Of a stretch of 18,661 nucleotides of DNA, positions 1 to 8,743 are shown one piece after another. A model generated the notes under the pieces. The model was given only the letters and a program-made list of their open reading frames with translations. It was not told the origin of the DNA and ran no database searches. A program made the position numbers and the translations under genes. The first letter of the stretch is position 1. Every line of letters begins with the position of its first letter. This DNA is from Candidatus Poribacteria bacterium. GTDB lineage: Bacteria; Poribacteria; WGA-4E; UBA9662. The stretch covers positions 1-18,661 of the forward strand of contig JAYZAL010000060.1 in assembly GCA_036339735.1 (NCBI GenBank). The letters are read 5' to 3'.

Positions 1-243
1 TTGGTTATCAGGTGTAGCAATAGTGACAATGTTAGGTTTTTCCACCTCGAACATTTTGTTGTGATCATCATATAAAGTAATATTGGGCCATTGGTCTTTC
101 CATTTCTCTTTGAAGGCTAGTGATGTTTCGGCCGACAGATCGCAACCAGCTACTACTTCTGCATTAGCCAAACCGATAGCACCTTGAGCGTGCTTTTGGC
201 CAATCCCACCACAACCAATAACTGCAACTTTATAGTTATCCAT
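1..243 (-). CDS. Gfo/Idh/MocA family NAD(P)-dependent oxidoreductase, N-terminal part (runs off the window)
   Basis: Not in the ORF track. Hand translation from ATG at 243 gives MDNYKVAVIGCGGIGQKHAQGAIGLANAEVVAGCDL...KPNIVTIATPDNQ, with a Rossmann GxGxxG and the 'IATP' motif; AAGGA Shine-Dalgarno (SD) upstream. Confidence 0.9.
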   Translation of the reverse strand, partial: MDNYKVAVIGCGGIGQKHAQGAIGLANAEVVAGCDLSAETSLAFKEKWKDQWPNITLYDDHNKMFEVEKPNIVTIATPDNQ

Positions 244-593
244 TAATTAAATCCTTGATTCAATATTGTTGAATTATTAACTAAATCCGAAAAAATAGAA
301 TAAATAGAAATAGAAGGTTGACCTATTCGTCTTTCAAAATTCTCGCCCTATATCAGGTAAGTAAAAAACTGAAAGATTCTAATTAATAACCCTTGGGTTT
401 CATCAATCAACTGTTTGATTGATTGCTACTTAATATGATTAAGTCCTAAATTTGCGGTCAATCTCTACCAGATACTCAATTAGCTAAGCGGATAGTCTCT
501 AAATTTATTATCCGTAACTGTTTGGGAACAAATGTTTATGAATTATAACTTTGACAGTTAATCATTCTGGCCTAAGGTACTAATTTTTTAAAT

Positions 594-1607
594 TCACATA
601 TTGGGCAAATGATCCGGTTTTAGTGCTTTACCGTCGGTAATGCCACATCCGGCAAACAGTGTTTCCTGAACCGTTAAATCATGAGCCAAAGTATAATCAG
701 CTGTTTTTTCTCCACTGACACAGGCAGCCAACTCTCGTAATAAGGTTGGGGTTTCATTGGTGGCGGTAATCTCTAAATCTTGACTCCCTTTTTTATAGCC
801 TTGGTCAGCTCGTTCTAAAACTAGATGCAGTTTACTCGAACCAATTGGCGTATGGATAGCAGTACCCTTAGTACCGTAAACCTCGATCCGCCGAGGAAAA
901 CTACTATCAATATGCATTGATGCTGTATCGATAGTCGCTAATCCATTTTCGAATTCATGTACAACAACTGCGTTATCGGTATGTTGTCGATTATTCCCAT
1001 AATGCTGGCCGAGGGTAGATTGTACTCGCTGAGGTTTACCCATCATAGCCACCATTAAGTCGACCAAATGACCGGCCATTTCAAAATAGACAGAACCTTT
1101 ATAATAACCGTTCTCATTTTCCATAGTTTGATGCCAAGATTTCGGTTTAGGAATATGTCCACGATAGTAGAAAATATCACCTAAGGTCCCGTTTTGGACA
1201 AGACGAACTATCTCGTTAATAGCTGGATTGTATCGCCACATATAGGCCATCTGTAAGCAAAGCCCCTTATCAATCGATAGCTTTTGGACTCGCCTCAGCT
1301 GTTCTAAATCTACCCCAGCTGGTTTTTCCAACAAGACGTGTTTTCCTGCGCGCAAGGCTTTTTCTGCATAATCTAAATTCTGGAATACTCGCCCTTCTAT
1401 AACTACGGCTTCTGCTTGACTATCTAATACCGCCTCGGCGGAGGGAAGCATATCGACCCCGAATTCCTGACTCCACCTCTTTACAACTACTGGGTCACTA
1501 TCGTAAGCACCAATTAGCTCAACTTCATTGGGACGAGTTTCCGCTTCACGCAGATGCATCTTAGCGTGACTATGCCAACAACCCAGAAATGCAAATTTGA
1601 ATGGCAT
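594..1607 (-). CDS. Gfo/Idh/MocA family oxidoreductase
   Basis: 337 aa; AGKHVLLEKP motif, GTLGDI, IEVYGTKG; AGGAGG SD upstream of the ATG. Confidence 0.9.
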   Translation of the reverse strand: MPFKFAFLGCWHSHAKMHLREAETRPNEVELIGAYDSDPVVVKRWSQEFGVDMLPSAEAVLDSQAEAVVIEGRVFQNLDYAEKALRAGKHVLLEKPAGVDLEQLRRVQKLSIDKGLCLQMAYMWRYNPAINEIVRLVQNGTLGDIFYYRGHIPKPKSWHQTMENENGYYKGSVYFEMAGHLVDLMVAMMGKPQRVQSTLGQHYGNNRQHTDNAVVVHEFENGLATIDTASMHIDSSFPRRIEVYGTKGTAIHTPIGSSKLHLVLERADQGYKKGSQDLEITATNETPTLLRELAACVSGEKTADYTLAHDLTVQETLFAGCGITDGKALKPDHLPNM

Positions 1608-1744
1608 GACATCCTCCTATCATAGCTATTTTCATTTTCATATTACGTCGCTAACGACCAAAATATGTGCTCACAGTACGAACAAATTCCTAACCATTTA
1701 GAAAAGCGAAAATTCAATCTTTACCTGGTCCTTGGGCCTATTCG

Positions 1745-1967
1745 TAGGTGTCAATATTCAAACAAAAAAGGTAGAAACTTGACTAACAGACTGCTTATAC
1801 CTATATCTCATCCTGGTACTCAAGCACATAGAGGTGGCATCTTATCACAAGAATATCTAAACTTCTAGCAGAACGAATTTAATAATGATTTCGTATGTTT
1901 GGCATCGTTTGAGCCAACTTACATTTAGTCTGTTCTACCCCTATGCTCACCTCTATTTTGACACCTA
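1745..1967. repeat. Inverted-repeat-bounded intergenic element (possible MITE or structured RNA)
   Basis: TAGGTGTCAA (1745-1754) is the perfect inverse of TTGACACCTA (1958-1967); inner imperfect arms GGTAGAA..GACTAA (1770-1786) and TTAGTC..TTCTACC (1925-1939). Confidence 0.35.
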
Positions 1968-1975
1968 GCGTAAAT

Positions 1976-3868
1976 TTAATGCCAGAAAACATAAACTGGT
2001 ATTTGAAACAAAACACCGATTAAGCTCCAACCGCCACCAATCACAAATTCCCCCAAAATTAAGCCTAGAAAAAGTGGGATTGAACGGCGGTAGAATCCCA
2101 AACCACCGTGTTTTAGAATTACCCATTTAATGACCCAACCAAGAAAAAATGAAAACCATAGCCAGACCATCGAAAACGTTGGTCCCAAAGGATATCCTAC
2201 CGGATGAAAGGGAATCCAAAACCATCTTGTTTTACCAACCATTAACAAAAGGGTCAAAACAAAACCAAACCCCATGAACATAGTTGCCGGAACATCAGTA
2301 TGTGTTGGTGTTGTAATCCATGATTCCAGGCGACGAATTGTTTCTCCACCCCACCCTGGGCGTAATGCGCCCCTTTCGTAAGATAAATCCAGTAAGATCC
2401 AAAACGATACAAGCGTACCAATTAGAATTGAGCACATCGTGGCCCAGACTAAACGCCGTTTGTTATCAATCGTTGAAGCAAGTTTAAAAGCTTCAAGTTG
2501 GTGTGGCATGACATGTCCGCGTTGAGCTCTTGTGAACCCCCAAAAAAGGGCAATGATAGACAAACTAGATGACCCAATACCTTTTGGTCCAAGTGTGGTA
2601 AGCAAAATAGAGTCGGGACCACGCCAGTATAATTCGTGTGCAGGGTGACCAATTTCAGCCCGCATTCGCGTGATAGTAATTGACAGTAGAAGATAAATGC
2701 TAAAGAAGAAGACAGCAATATCCAGTTTCATACCTGCTCTGTGAGCAAACAGGATTAGCAGGAAGGTTCCAATCAAAAACCCGGTTACAGCCAACCGGTA
2801 TGGCATCGGTTCCTTTATATCCACCAGTTCACTTGTGTTGACAATTGACTTCCAAATGTGCTGGAAGTGTCGACGACAAAACCAGAGCGCAATACATCCA
2901 ATGCAAATATATGATCCAGCGGATTGGGCTTCAGCATAAGGAAATCCGGGTAAGCTATGCAAGCCGGCCATACTGCCCAAGATTCGCTGCAATTTCCAAA
3001 ACAGAAAAAAGAACCAGCATGAAAACGATAGATCTAGAGGAATAAAAAAAGCAATACCAATAGCATAGGGAAAACAGCGAAGGCGAATTCGACCAATCGA
3101 ACTCCACGGTTTTTCAGTGAAAAAGCTACTGATGTCTGTGTAAAGCTTAATTTCCGGAACTGTAGGCATTAGGTAATGTAGGCTATTGAGCATATTCAAC
3201 CCACCAGCAATTCCGAAACCAACCCAGAGTAGATAATTCCCGAGAATTCCGTTACTAACTTTTTTAGTCATCTCCAGTGGTAACTGTATATTGGGGTAGC
3301 TTAGCTTCTCACGCTCCGTCCACTGCTGACGAAAAATTGATGCTAGACATAGCATAACAAAACTCATCACGATCAAAAATGCTGACCACCAAGCTACTGG
3401 TCTGAGCCAAGCGTAGATGTGATTTTTAAGATAGAATGTTGAATCGCCATTGTAATAGGACTTCAGCACGGTAAAATCATCAACGGTAAGCCATCGAGGG
3501 ATATATCGCCAGAACAGCTCTCTCCATTCATTTTCTGCTGTGGCGAACCAGAACGGGTGGCCTAAAACTTGGATTAGTACTTGGATAGTATCAAAACCAC
3601 CAATTGCAGTTGCCATTGAAAGCAAACTATAAATGGTCAATAGCTCAGATTGACGAAAAGCTAAACCAGGAATCAGATGTTTTAGACCAATGTTCAGTAC
3701 GGTTAGTACGAATACGCAAAAAATGACGTTGTAAAAAAGCGAAAGAGTTGTCGGTGGGCCACCCCAAATCAAACCTCGCTGGATAGACCAATAACAATTG
3801 AAGGGGATTAGAAGGAAGGAAATTAAAATACTACGCCATGTTATCCTTAATTGACTAGTCTTTTCCAC
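1976..3868 (-). CDS. Polytopic integral membrane protein, DUF6785/DUF6784-like (putative transporter)
   Basis: 630 aa, GTG start, many hydrophobic helices; family-like motifs ELLTIY, QW..REKLSYP..QLP, IPLDLSFSCWFF, TRMRAEIG, MPHQLE, WIPFHPVGY, PLFLGLILGEF. Confidence 0.75.
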   Translation of the reverse strand: MEKTSQLRITWRSILISFLLIPFNCYWSIQRGLIWGGPPTTLSLFYNVIFCVFVLTVLNIGLKHLIPGLAFRQSELLTIYSLLSMATAIGGFDTIQVLIQVLGHPFWFATAENEWRELFWRYIPRWLTVDDFTVLKSYYNGDSTFYLKNHIYAWLRPVAWWSAFLIVMSFVMLCLASIFRQQWTEREKLSYPNIQLPLEMTKKVSNGILGNYLLWVGFGIAGGLNMLNSLHYLMPTVPEIKLYTDISSFFTEKPWSSIGRIRLRCFPYAIGIAFFIPLDLSFSCWFFFLFWKLQRILGSMAGLHSLPGFPYAEAQSAGSYICIGCIALWFCRRHFQHIWKSIVNTSELVDIKEPMPYRLAVTGFLIGTFLLILFAHRAGMKLDIAVFFFSIYLLLSITITRMRAEIGHPAHELYWRGPDSILLTTLGPKGIGSSSLSIIALFWGFTRAQRGHVMPHQLEAFKLASTIDNKRRLVWATMCSILIGTLVSFWILLDLSYERGALRPGWGGETIRRLESWITTPTHTDVPATMFMGFGFVLTLLLMVGKTRWFWIPFHPVGYPLGPTFSMVWLWFSFFLGWVIKWVILKHGGLGFYRRSIPLFLGLILGEFVIGGGWSLIGVLFQIPVYVFWH

Positions 3869-4095
3869 TAGAGATATCCCAGGTACTCACCGAATTCCTA
3901 TCAAAAATCATGAAGATTTTGAATTTTTTATAATCAGTTTAAAAATAGAATTAGTTAGTTCAAGTTCGATTGGTTATTTCAGATTTACCTTTATCAGTTA
4001 TGCCCACATATCAAAGTAATTTAGTTAGTGACGAGTTCTAGTAACTATAAAGCAACCTCAGTCATAACGATGAAAATTGGTAACCAATATGATCT

Positions 4096-5220
4096 TTAGG
4101 ATATCAAACGACGAAAATTTTTGATTCGATGAAAGGTTATTCTATTTGAATCATGGAAATTGTGAGCGCCGTCGTATGCGGTACGTACCAGACAAATTAT
4201 ATCTTCCCCATCAAACTGCCAGTCAGGATATTGAAATCCCGTCAACTCGATTGATTGATTATAGGGTAAACCGGAATCATCTTGCAGCAAGGTCATTTTA
4301 TGTTGCCAATCGGTTAGGTTTTCTGAAGCATGAAGTGACAGTACACTCCGCCGAGACGGATTTTCTGTGTTCGGGTTATTGTTACTTAGAGTTAAGTAAA
4401 GCTCAGAGACTGAGTCGAAGCGAATAGTAAACTTGGTTATTCCGCCTGGAAAATCAATAAATCCATCATTTGGTTGAAAAGTAATTTTTTGACCACCATC
4501 GTGAACCTGAATTACTGCTGCCTTATCCCATATCGGAGTGGAATTGAATCGAAGAATATTCCAAACCTCACCACCCTTGGTTTCTACAAGATTACCTTCC
4601 AACCAACCAGGCTTTTCTAATTTTCCCCATTCACTGGGTACATGTGAAGAGTCAAACGGGAGTTTATTACTCATCGTCCAACTAGAAGCTTGTAAAAGAT
4701 CAGCGCTGGAATCAGCCGAAATTATCAAGGACTGGAAGCCTGTCCCCCAAAGACAGGGGGTACAATCCTCGAAGGCTCGATATAAGCGACCGTCCTTCTC
4801 TAGAATTGGCACTGGCGCACAATGGTAGTTAGGTGGTTGGTGAAAAGGCCCACCCTGAAACAACAAGCCTGACCTATCATCACTAGGATGGCTCCAAGTA
4901 TAGCCACCATCACTACTACGACGAATGACAATCGAGCCGTATTGTTGTGAGGTTCCAATCAGATAAACATCTCCCTGATGAGTAAAAAGCGTACTCCAAT
5001 AAGCATTGGCGACATGTGTTAAGTTAGACCAAGTAGCTCCATCGTCAGTAGAACGGTAAACACTAGTTAAGTGTTCCTCGTTTTCATGGTTCTTTGGACA
5101 GCCTGGACCGAAATAATCATGGGTTGCCAACATAGTACCGCCTATTAGTCGGATGATACTGGGACTACCCAAGTAAGTTTTTGTCTTTGGGTGCTGAAAC
5201 TTAATTTGGTTAAATTTCAT
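4096..5220 (-). CDS. BNR/Asp-box beta-propeller protein, sialidase-like glycoside hydrolase
   Basis: 374 aa; Asp-boxes STDDGATWS and SSDGGYTWS; C-terminal FQYPDW; AAGGA SD; no obvious signal peptide. Confidence 0.8.
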   Translation of the reverse strand: MKFNQIKFQHPKTKTYLGSPSIIRLIGGTMLATHDYFGPGCPKNHENEEHLTSVYRSTDDGATWSNLTHVANAYWSTLFTHQGDVYLIGTSQQYGSIVIRRSSDGGYTWSHPSDDRSGLLFQGGPFHQPPNYHCAPVPILEKDGRLYRAFEDCTPCLWGTGFQSLIISADSSADLLQASSWTMSNKLPFDSSHVPSEWGKLEKPGWLEGNLVETKGGEVWNILRFNSTPIWDKAAVIQVHDGGQKITFQPNDGFIDFPGGITKFTIRFDSVSELYLTLSNNNPNTENPSRRSVLSLHASENLTDWQHKMTLLQDDSGLPYNQSIELTGFQYPDWQFDGEDIICLVRTAYDGAHNFHDSNRITFHRIKNFRRLIS

Positions 5221-5450
5221 GGACTTTCCTTCGGATTCATATTGACTGGTAGCAGAAACCTTAGAGGTTATATATGCAAGCTCACTTCATGCCTAACCTG
5301 AGGTCAGATTTTGAGCTTTTTAGTACTAGTAGGAGAGATGTATAATTCACTCCAATCAAATTTGTATTGAAGTTGGGTTCGATTCGTTGAAAATGACTTT
5401 GCGGTGATTTGGAGTTGACCGTTAATATGTGTAATATTCCATTTTTAGAA

Positions 5451-6392
5451 CTACGAAGTACCCAAATCCTGAATAGAACTTTCAATTTCCAAATAGTGGG
5501 CAATTAAGTCATCCGCAATCCTTTTTTGAAAGGAATCGAAGACGTAGTTGTAACGCATCACCTCGGTGTTAAATATCCCCTTGGCGACCAATAGCCGTTT
5601 AAAGAAAGCAATCGAGGTTTCCAAGTTCTGGTTAGCAAAAGCTAGAATTGGTAATAATTTCCAGAATAGATCTTTGGCTTTTTGACGATCGCCCGATCTA
5701 TAGAGTTTGATAATCGCGCTGTATACTTTGATCATTGAGCTCTCAGGAATCATTGCATCAATATCTCGGTCTAACGCCTCTAACATCTGCGGAACAGCCC
5801 ATCCTCCGGCAATCAAAAATTCGCGACCGAATAAATGACGAATAGTTGTATATTTGGGTCCTGCAGGAACTGTTTCAATTTTCATACCAGCCAAGGTCGG
5901 CAAGGTTTTGTGCAGCTGTTTGATAATATCAAGAGGTAAGCCTGGACCATTGAATTGCAAATCTTGGATGATAATTGGAAGATTAGTAACCGGGACAATT
6001 GCCTGAAAGAAAGAGACAATTTGAGACGGATTAGCGTACAGTTCTGGTGTTACTGCTACTAAGTAAGCATCGGCCGAAACCTCATGAGCAAGCTTCGCAA
6101 AGTACCGACACTGATCTACCGTTTGGCCAGAGGCTCCAACAATAAACGGTAATTTCTCTTTTGTACTATCAGCAACGAAGTGAATAATATCTTGCCGTTC
6201 TACCAGCGTCAGACAAGCAACTTCGCTAGCTACAGCAGGTACTAAAAAACCATTCACACCAGATTGCATCGAGTTTCTGATCAGCTTTCCGTAACAGTTC
6301 CAATCGATCTGTTTTTTTGAATTGAAAGGTGTTTGCAAGACAGAAACGATGCCCTCGATATCATGTAACCTTTGATTGTCTTCTTTTTCCAT
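5451..6392 (-). CDS. DHDPS/NAL superfamily protein, 2-keto-3-deoxy-sugar-acid dehydratase-like subfamily
   Basis: 313 aa; TPF..IDW, AVASE in place of GSTGE, IIIQD in place of the Tyr motif, Schiff-base Lys in GMKIET. Confidence 0.8.
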   Translation of the reverse strand: MEKEDNQRLHDIEGIVSVLQTPFNSKKQIDWNCYGKLIRNSMQSGVNGFLVPAVASEVACLTLVERQDIIHFVADSTKEKLPFIVGASGQTVDQCRYFAKLAHEVSADAYLVAVTPELYANPSQIVSFFQAIVPVTNLPIIIQDLQFNGPGLPLDIIKQLHKTLPTLAGMKIETVPAGPKYTTIRHLFGREFLIAGGWAVPQMLEALDRDIDAMIPESSMIKVYSAIIKLYRSGDRQKAKDLFWKLLPILAFANQNLETSIAFFKRLLVAKGIFNTEVMRYNYVFDSFQKRIADDLIAHYLEIESSIQDLGTS

Positions 6393-6450
6393 ATCGGTAG
6401 TATCTAAACTCAGATTGTTCTTCTTCGTGTTAGGCTGTGATAAGTCTATA

Positions 6451-8514
6451 TTAGAGTTGAATAGCTGAGGGTGGGGGAGTCTTCAACCACTCAAGATTAA
6501 AAGTGTAGTGTTGCTTGCTGCTAATGAGATGAATTAGGCCATCAGGAGCCTGGCATGCCGCCATATATCCTCCTGGCTCTGAGCTGTCGAACCCCATCGT
6601 AAATGGATGTCCATTCATTGTTTCAAGCTTGCGTCCTGAACCATCATCACTTATCAGGCGAATATTTGCCCAAGTCTCAGCCTCATTAAAGGAGACAGCC
6701 GCAAACAATCCCTTAACCGGCCGTTTTGTGCCCGAATCATCGGTAATATGCATTACCGGTTGATCTTTTCGATCTCCAGTAAAACTAACCAGTAATAAAG
6801 GCCCTTCTCGAAGCCGCATCAGTACTATCCTCTGACCGCCGCCAATCGCAGGAAAGGGACTTCGGTGGTAGGTCCAATTTTCACCCATATCATTTGAAAG
6901 ACTCATTGGCATCCTATTTTCAATCGTGTCACCTCGTCCAAATGCTAATAAACTACTATCTCGAAGTTGAACGACACCTGCATGAATACCCGCAATCCAT
7001 TGTCCAGTCTTATCAACAGAGAAATCTGGTTTCGGTGTGCCTGCTCCTGGTTCTTTCCATGTTTCTCCGTCATCTTTGCTAATGTGAATTACTGTACCAC
7101 CACTTCCACCAGGTACGGCATCACATGGTTGAATCAGGTAGCCTTCTTTAGTTTTGCTTGTGCCACTGATGACCTGATTACGATTCTGATGCTCAGGATG
7201 AACAAAATGCGGAGTTGACCATGTTTCTCCGTTATTGGTTGAGGTTCGCATAGCTAAAGCTAAAGGACCCCAGGTTCCTGCTGCTGCTATTCCATTGAAG
7301 TGATACATCTTTCCATCTTCATTGGTAAAGAGTGAACAGCCAGTCATATTTCTATCGGGAGCATTAAAGAATTCGGATGGTTGATCCCACTCATTACTTC
7401 CAGATCGCAACCGAGAAGCCATTACAGCCATCTCTCGACCCCGTTCTGAATAAGTTGAAAACCAAATAGCGAGTAGATCCCCATTAGGACACCAAGTAAT
7501 ACTTGGTTGGTGGTTGTGTTCTCCAAAAGATGGAACTGTATCAGCTTGGGGAACATGAACGAAAGGCTTTGGATCTTTGAAGAGAGGAGATTTTAAAGCT
7601 TCGGAAGCGTTCCAATCGTGTATTTTGCCTGAGACATGACTTGACCAAAATTTCCGACCAATTTTTGGTATTGGTACTGTCCTTGGTAATTGACCAATAA
7701 CAATACGAAAGCCAATCAGCCACGACTTATCCTCTGGTAATGTACCTAGCCGATTCGAAGAACGAAGATAATAGATAGGAGTCGAATGACTACCCCCACG
7801 CGTCACACGAAAAATTCCAGACTCATAACCAACTGGATCGACTGAATCCCCGCCTTGATAAGGACCATACCAATCTTGGCACCACTCTTCAACGTTACCG
7901 TGCATATCGTGTAGGCCCCAAGGGTTTGGTGATGTTTGCCCTACGGTTAATGGAATAACCTCTTCTTTCATACTACCACCTCGACCGACTGAGGGGTACC
8001 AGCTTTCGTTAGGGTTTTTGTGAAATGATTCAGGTAATGTATCACCAGTGTGAAAATGAGTAGTGGTTCCAGCGCGACAAGCATATTCCCATTCTGCTTC
8101 CGTTGGTAATCGATACTTGAATCCGTCTATTGCGCTCATCCATTGACAAAATTCTACAGCTTCATACCAATTAACGAAGATGGCGGCTTCGTCATCTGTT
8201 TTAGAAAAGCCTAATTTCCCACGGAATTTACGGTGGCTGGGATCGAACTGCTCATACTGGGTGTTAGTTACTGTTGTGATCCCCATATAAAACGGCTGAC
8301 TAATGGTAACTTGGTGTGGTGGATATTCGTCAAAGTCGCCGTTTTGAAGATATGGCCGCTCGTTTGGTTTCCAAGATTCACCTTGAGCCTTATTATCAGT
8401 AATCTCGCTTGATAAAGGTGTTTGACCAATACCCATGGTAAATGTTCCTGGTTCAATTCGAACAAATCTCAGGCCAACCGGGTTAGTATAGGTTTCTCCT
8501 TCTGGTCTTAACAT
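6451..8514 (-). CDS. FGE-sulfatase (SUMF1-like) domain fused to a BNR/sialidase-like beta-propeller
   Basis: 687 aa. N-terminal FTMG, RLPTEAEWEYACRAG, NPWGLHDMHGNVEEWC.DWY, RGGS, GFR. C-terminal Asp-boxes STNNGETW, SKDDGETW, SNDMGENW, SFNEAETW. Confidence 0.88.
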   Translation of the reverse strand: MLRPEGETYTNPVGLRFVRIEPGTFTMGIGQTPLSSEITDNKAQGESWKPNERPYLQNGDFDEYPPHQVTISQPFYMGITTVTNTQYEQFDPSHRKFRGKLGFSKTDDEAAIFVNWYEAVEFCQWMSAIDGFKYRLPTEAEWEYACRAGTTTHFHTGDTLPESFHKNPNESWYPSVGRGGSMKEEVIPLTVGQTSPNPWGLHDMHGNVEEWCQDWYGPYQGGDSVDPVGYESGIFRVTRGGSHSTPIYYLRSSNRLGTLPEDKSWLIGFRIVIGQLPRTVPIPKIGRKFWSSHVSGKIHDWNASEALKSPLFKDPKPFVHVPQADTVPSFGEHNHQPSITWCPNGDLLAIWFSTYSERGREMAVMASRLRSGSNEWDQPSEFFNAPDRNMTGCSLFTNEDGKMYHFNGIAAAGTWGPLALAMRTSTNNGETWSTPHFVHPEHQNRNQVISGTSKTKEGYLIQPCDAVPGGSGGTVIHISKDDGETWKEPGAGTPKPDFSVDKTGQWIAGIHAGVVQLRDSSLLAFGRGDTIENRMPMSLSNDMGENWTYHRSPFPAIGGGQRIVLMRLREGPLLLVSFTGDRKDQPVMHITDDSGTKRPVKGLFAAVSFNEAETWANIRLISDDGSGRKLETMNGHPFTMGFDSSEPGGYMAACQAPDGLIHLISSKQHYTFNLEWLKTPPPSAIQL

Positions 8515-8743
8515 TTTAGGCCCCTTTGAAATTGAGTTTCAAGAAGTTGATTGGAATCAACTGTAGAAATCTCAATCTGGATTCTTGTAAAATATTATGT
8601 ACTGGTCATCCACGATCACTTATTGCTCTTAATTATCCGATTTCGGCTCAATATTTCAATCCTTGTGAGCCCAGAAGTGGGATACTAGTCTCCAGTTAAA
8701 TTGAAAAAGACAATTTGATTTTGATACTATGAAGTATCTTTTA

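Noticed and set aside
1665..1868. 67-aa plus-strand ORF
   Set aside because: No SD or recognisable motif, opposite to the cluster orientation, and overlaps the inverted-repeat region.
1828..1957. ATAGAGGTG resembling the start of a lysine riboswitch
   Set aside because: The other conserved lysine-riboswitch elements are missing and the gene context does not fit.
7695..7812. FGE/C-lectin domain end as a diversity-generating retroelement variable region
   Set aside because: No reverse transcriptase and no template-repeat copy seen in the window; the zur repeat differences are not adenine-specific either.
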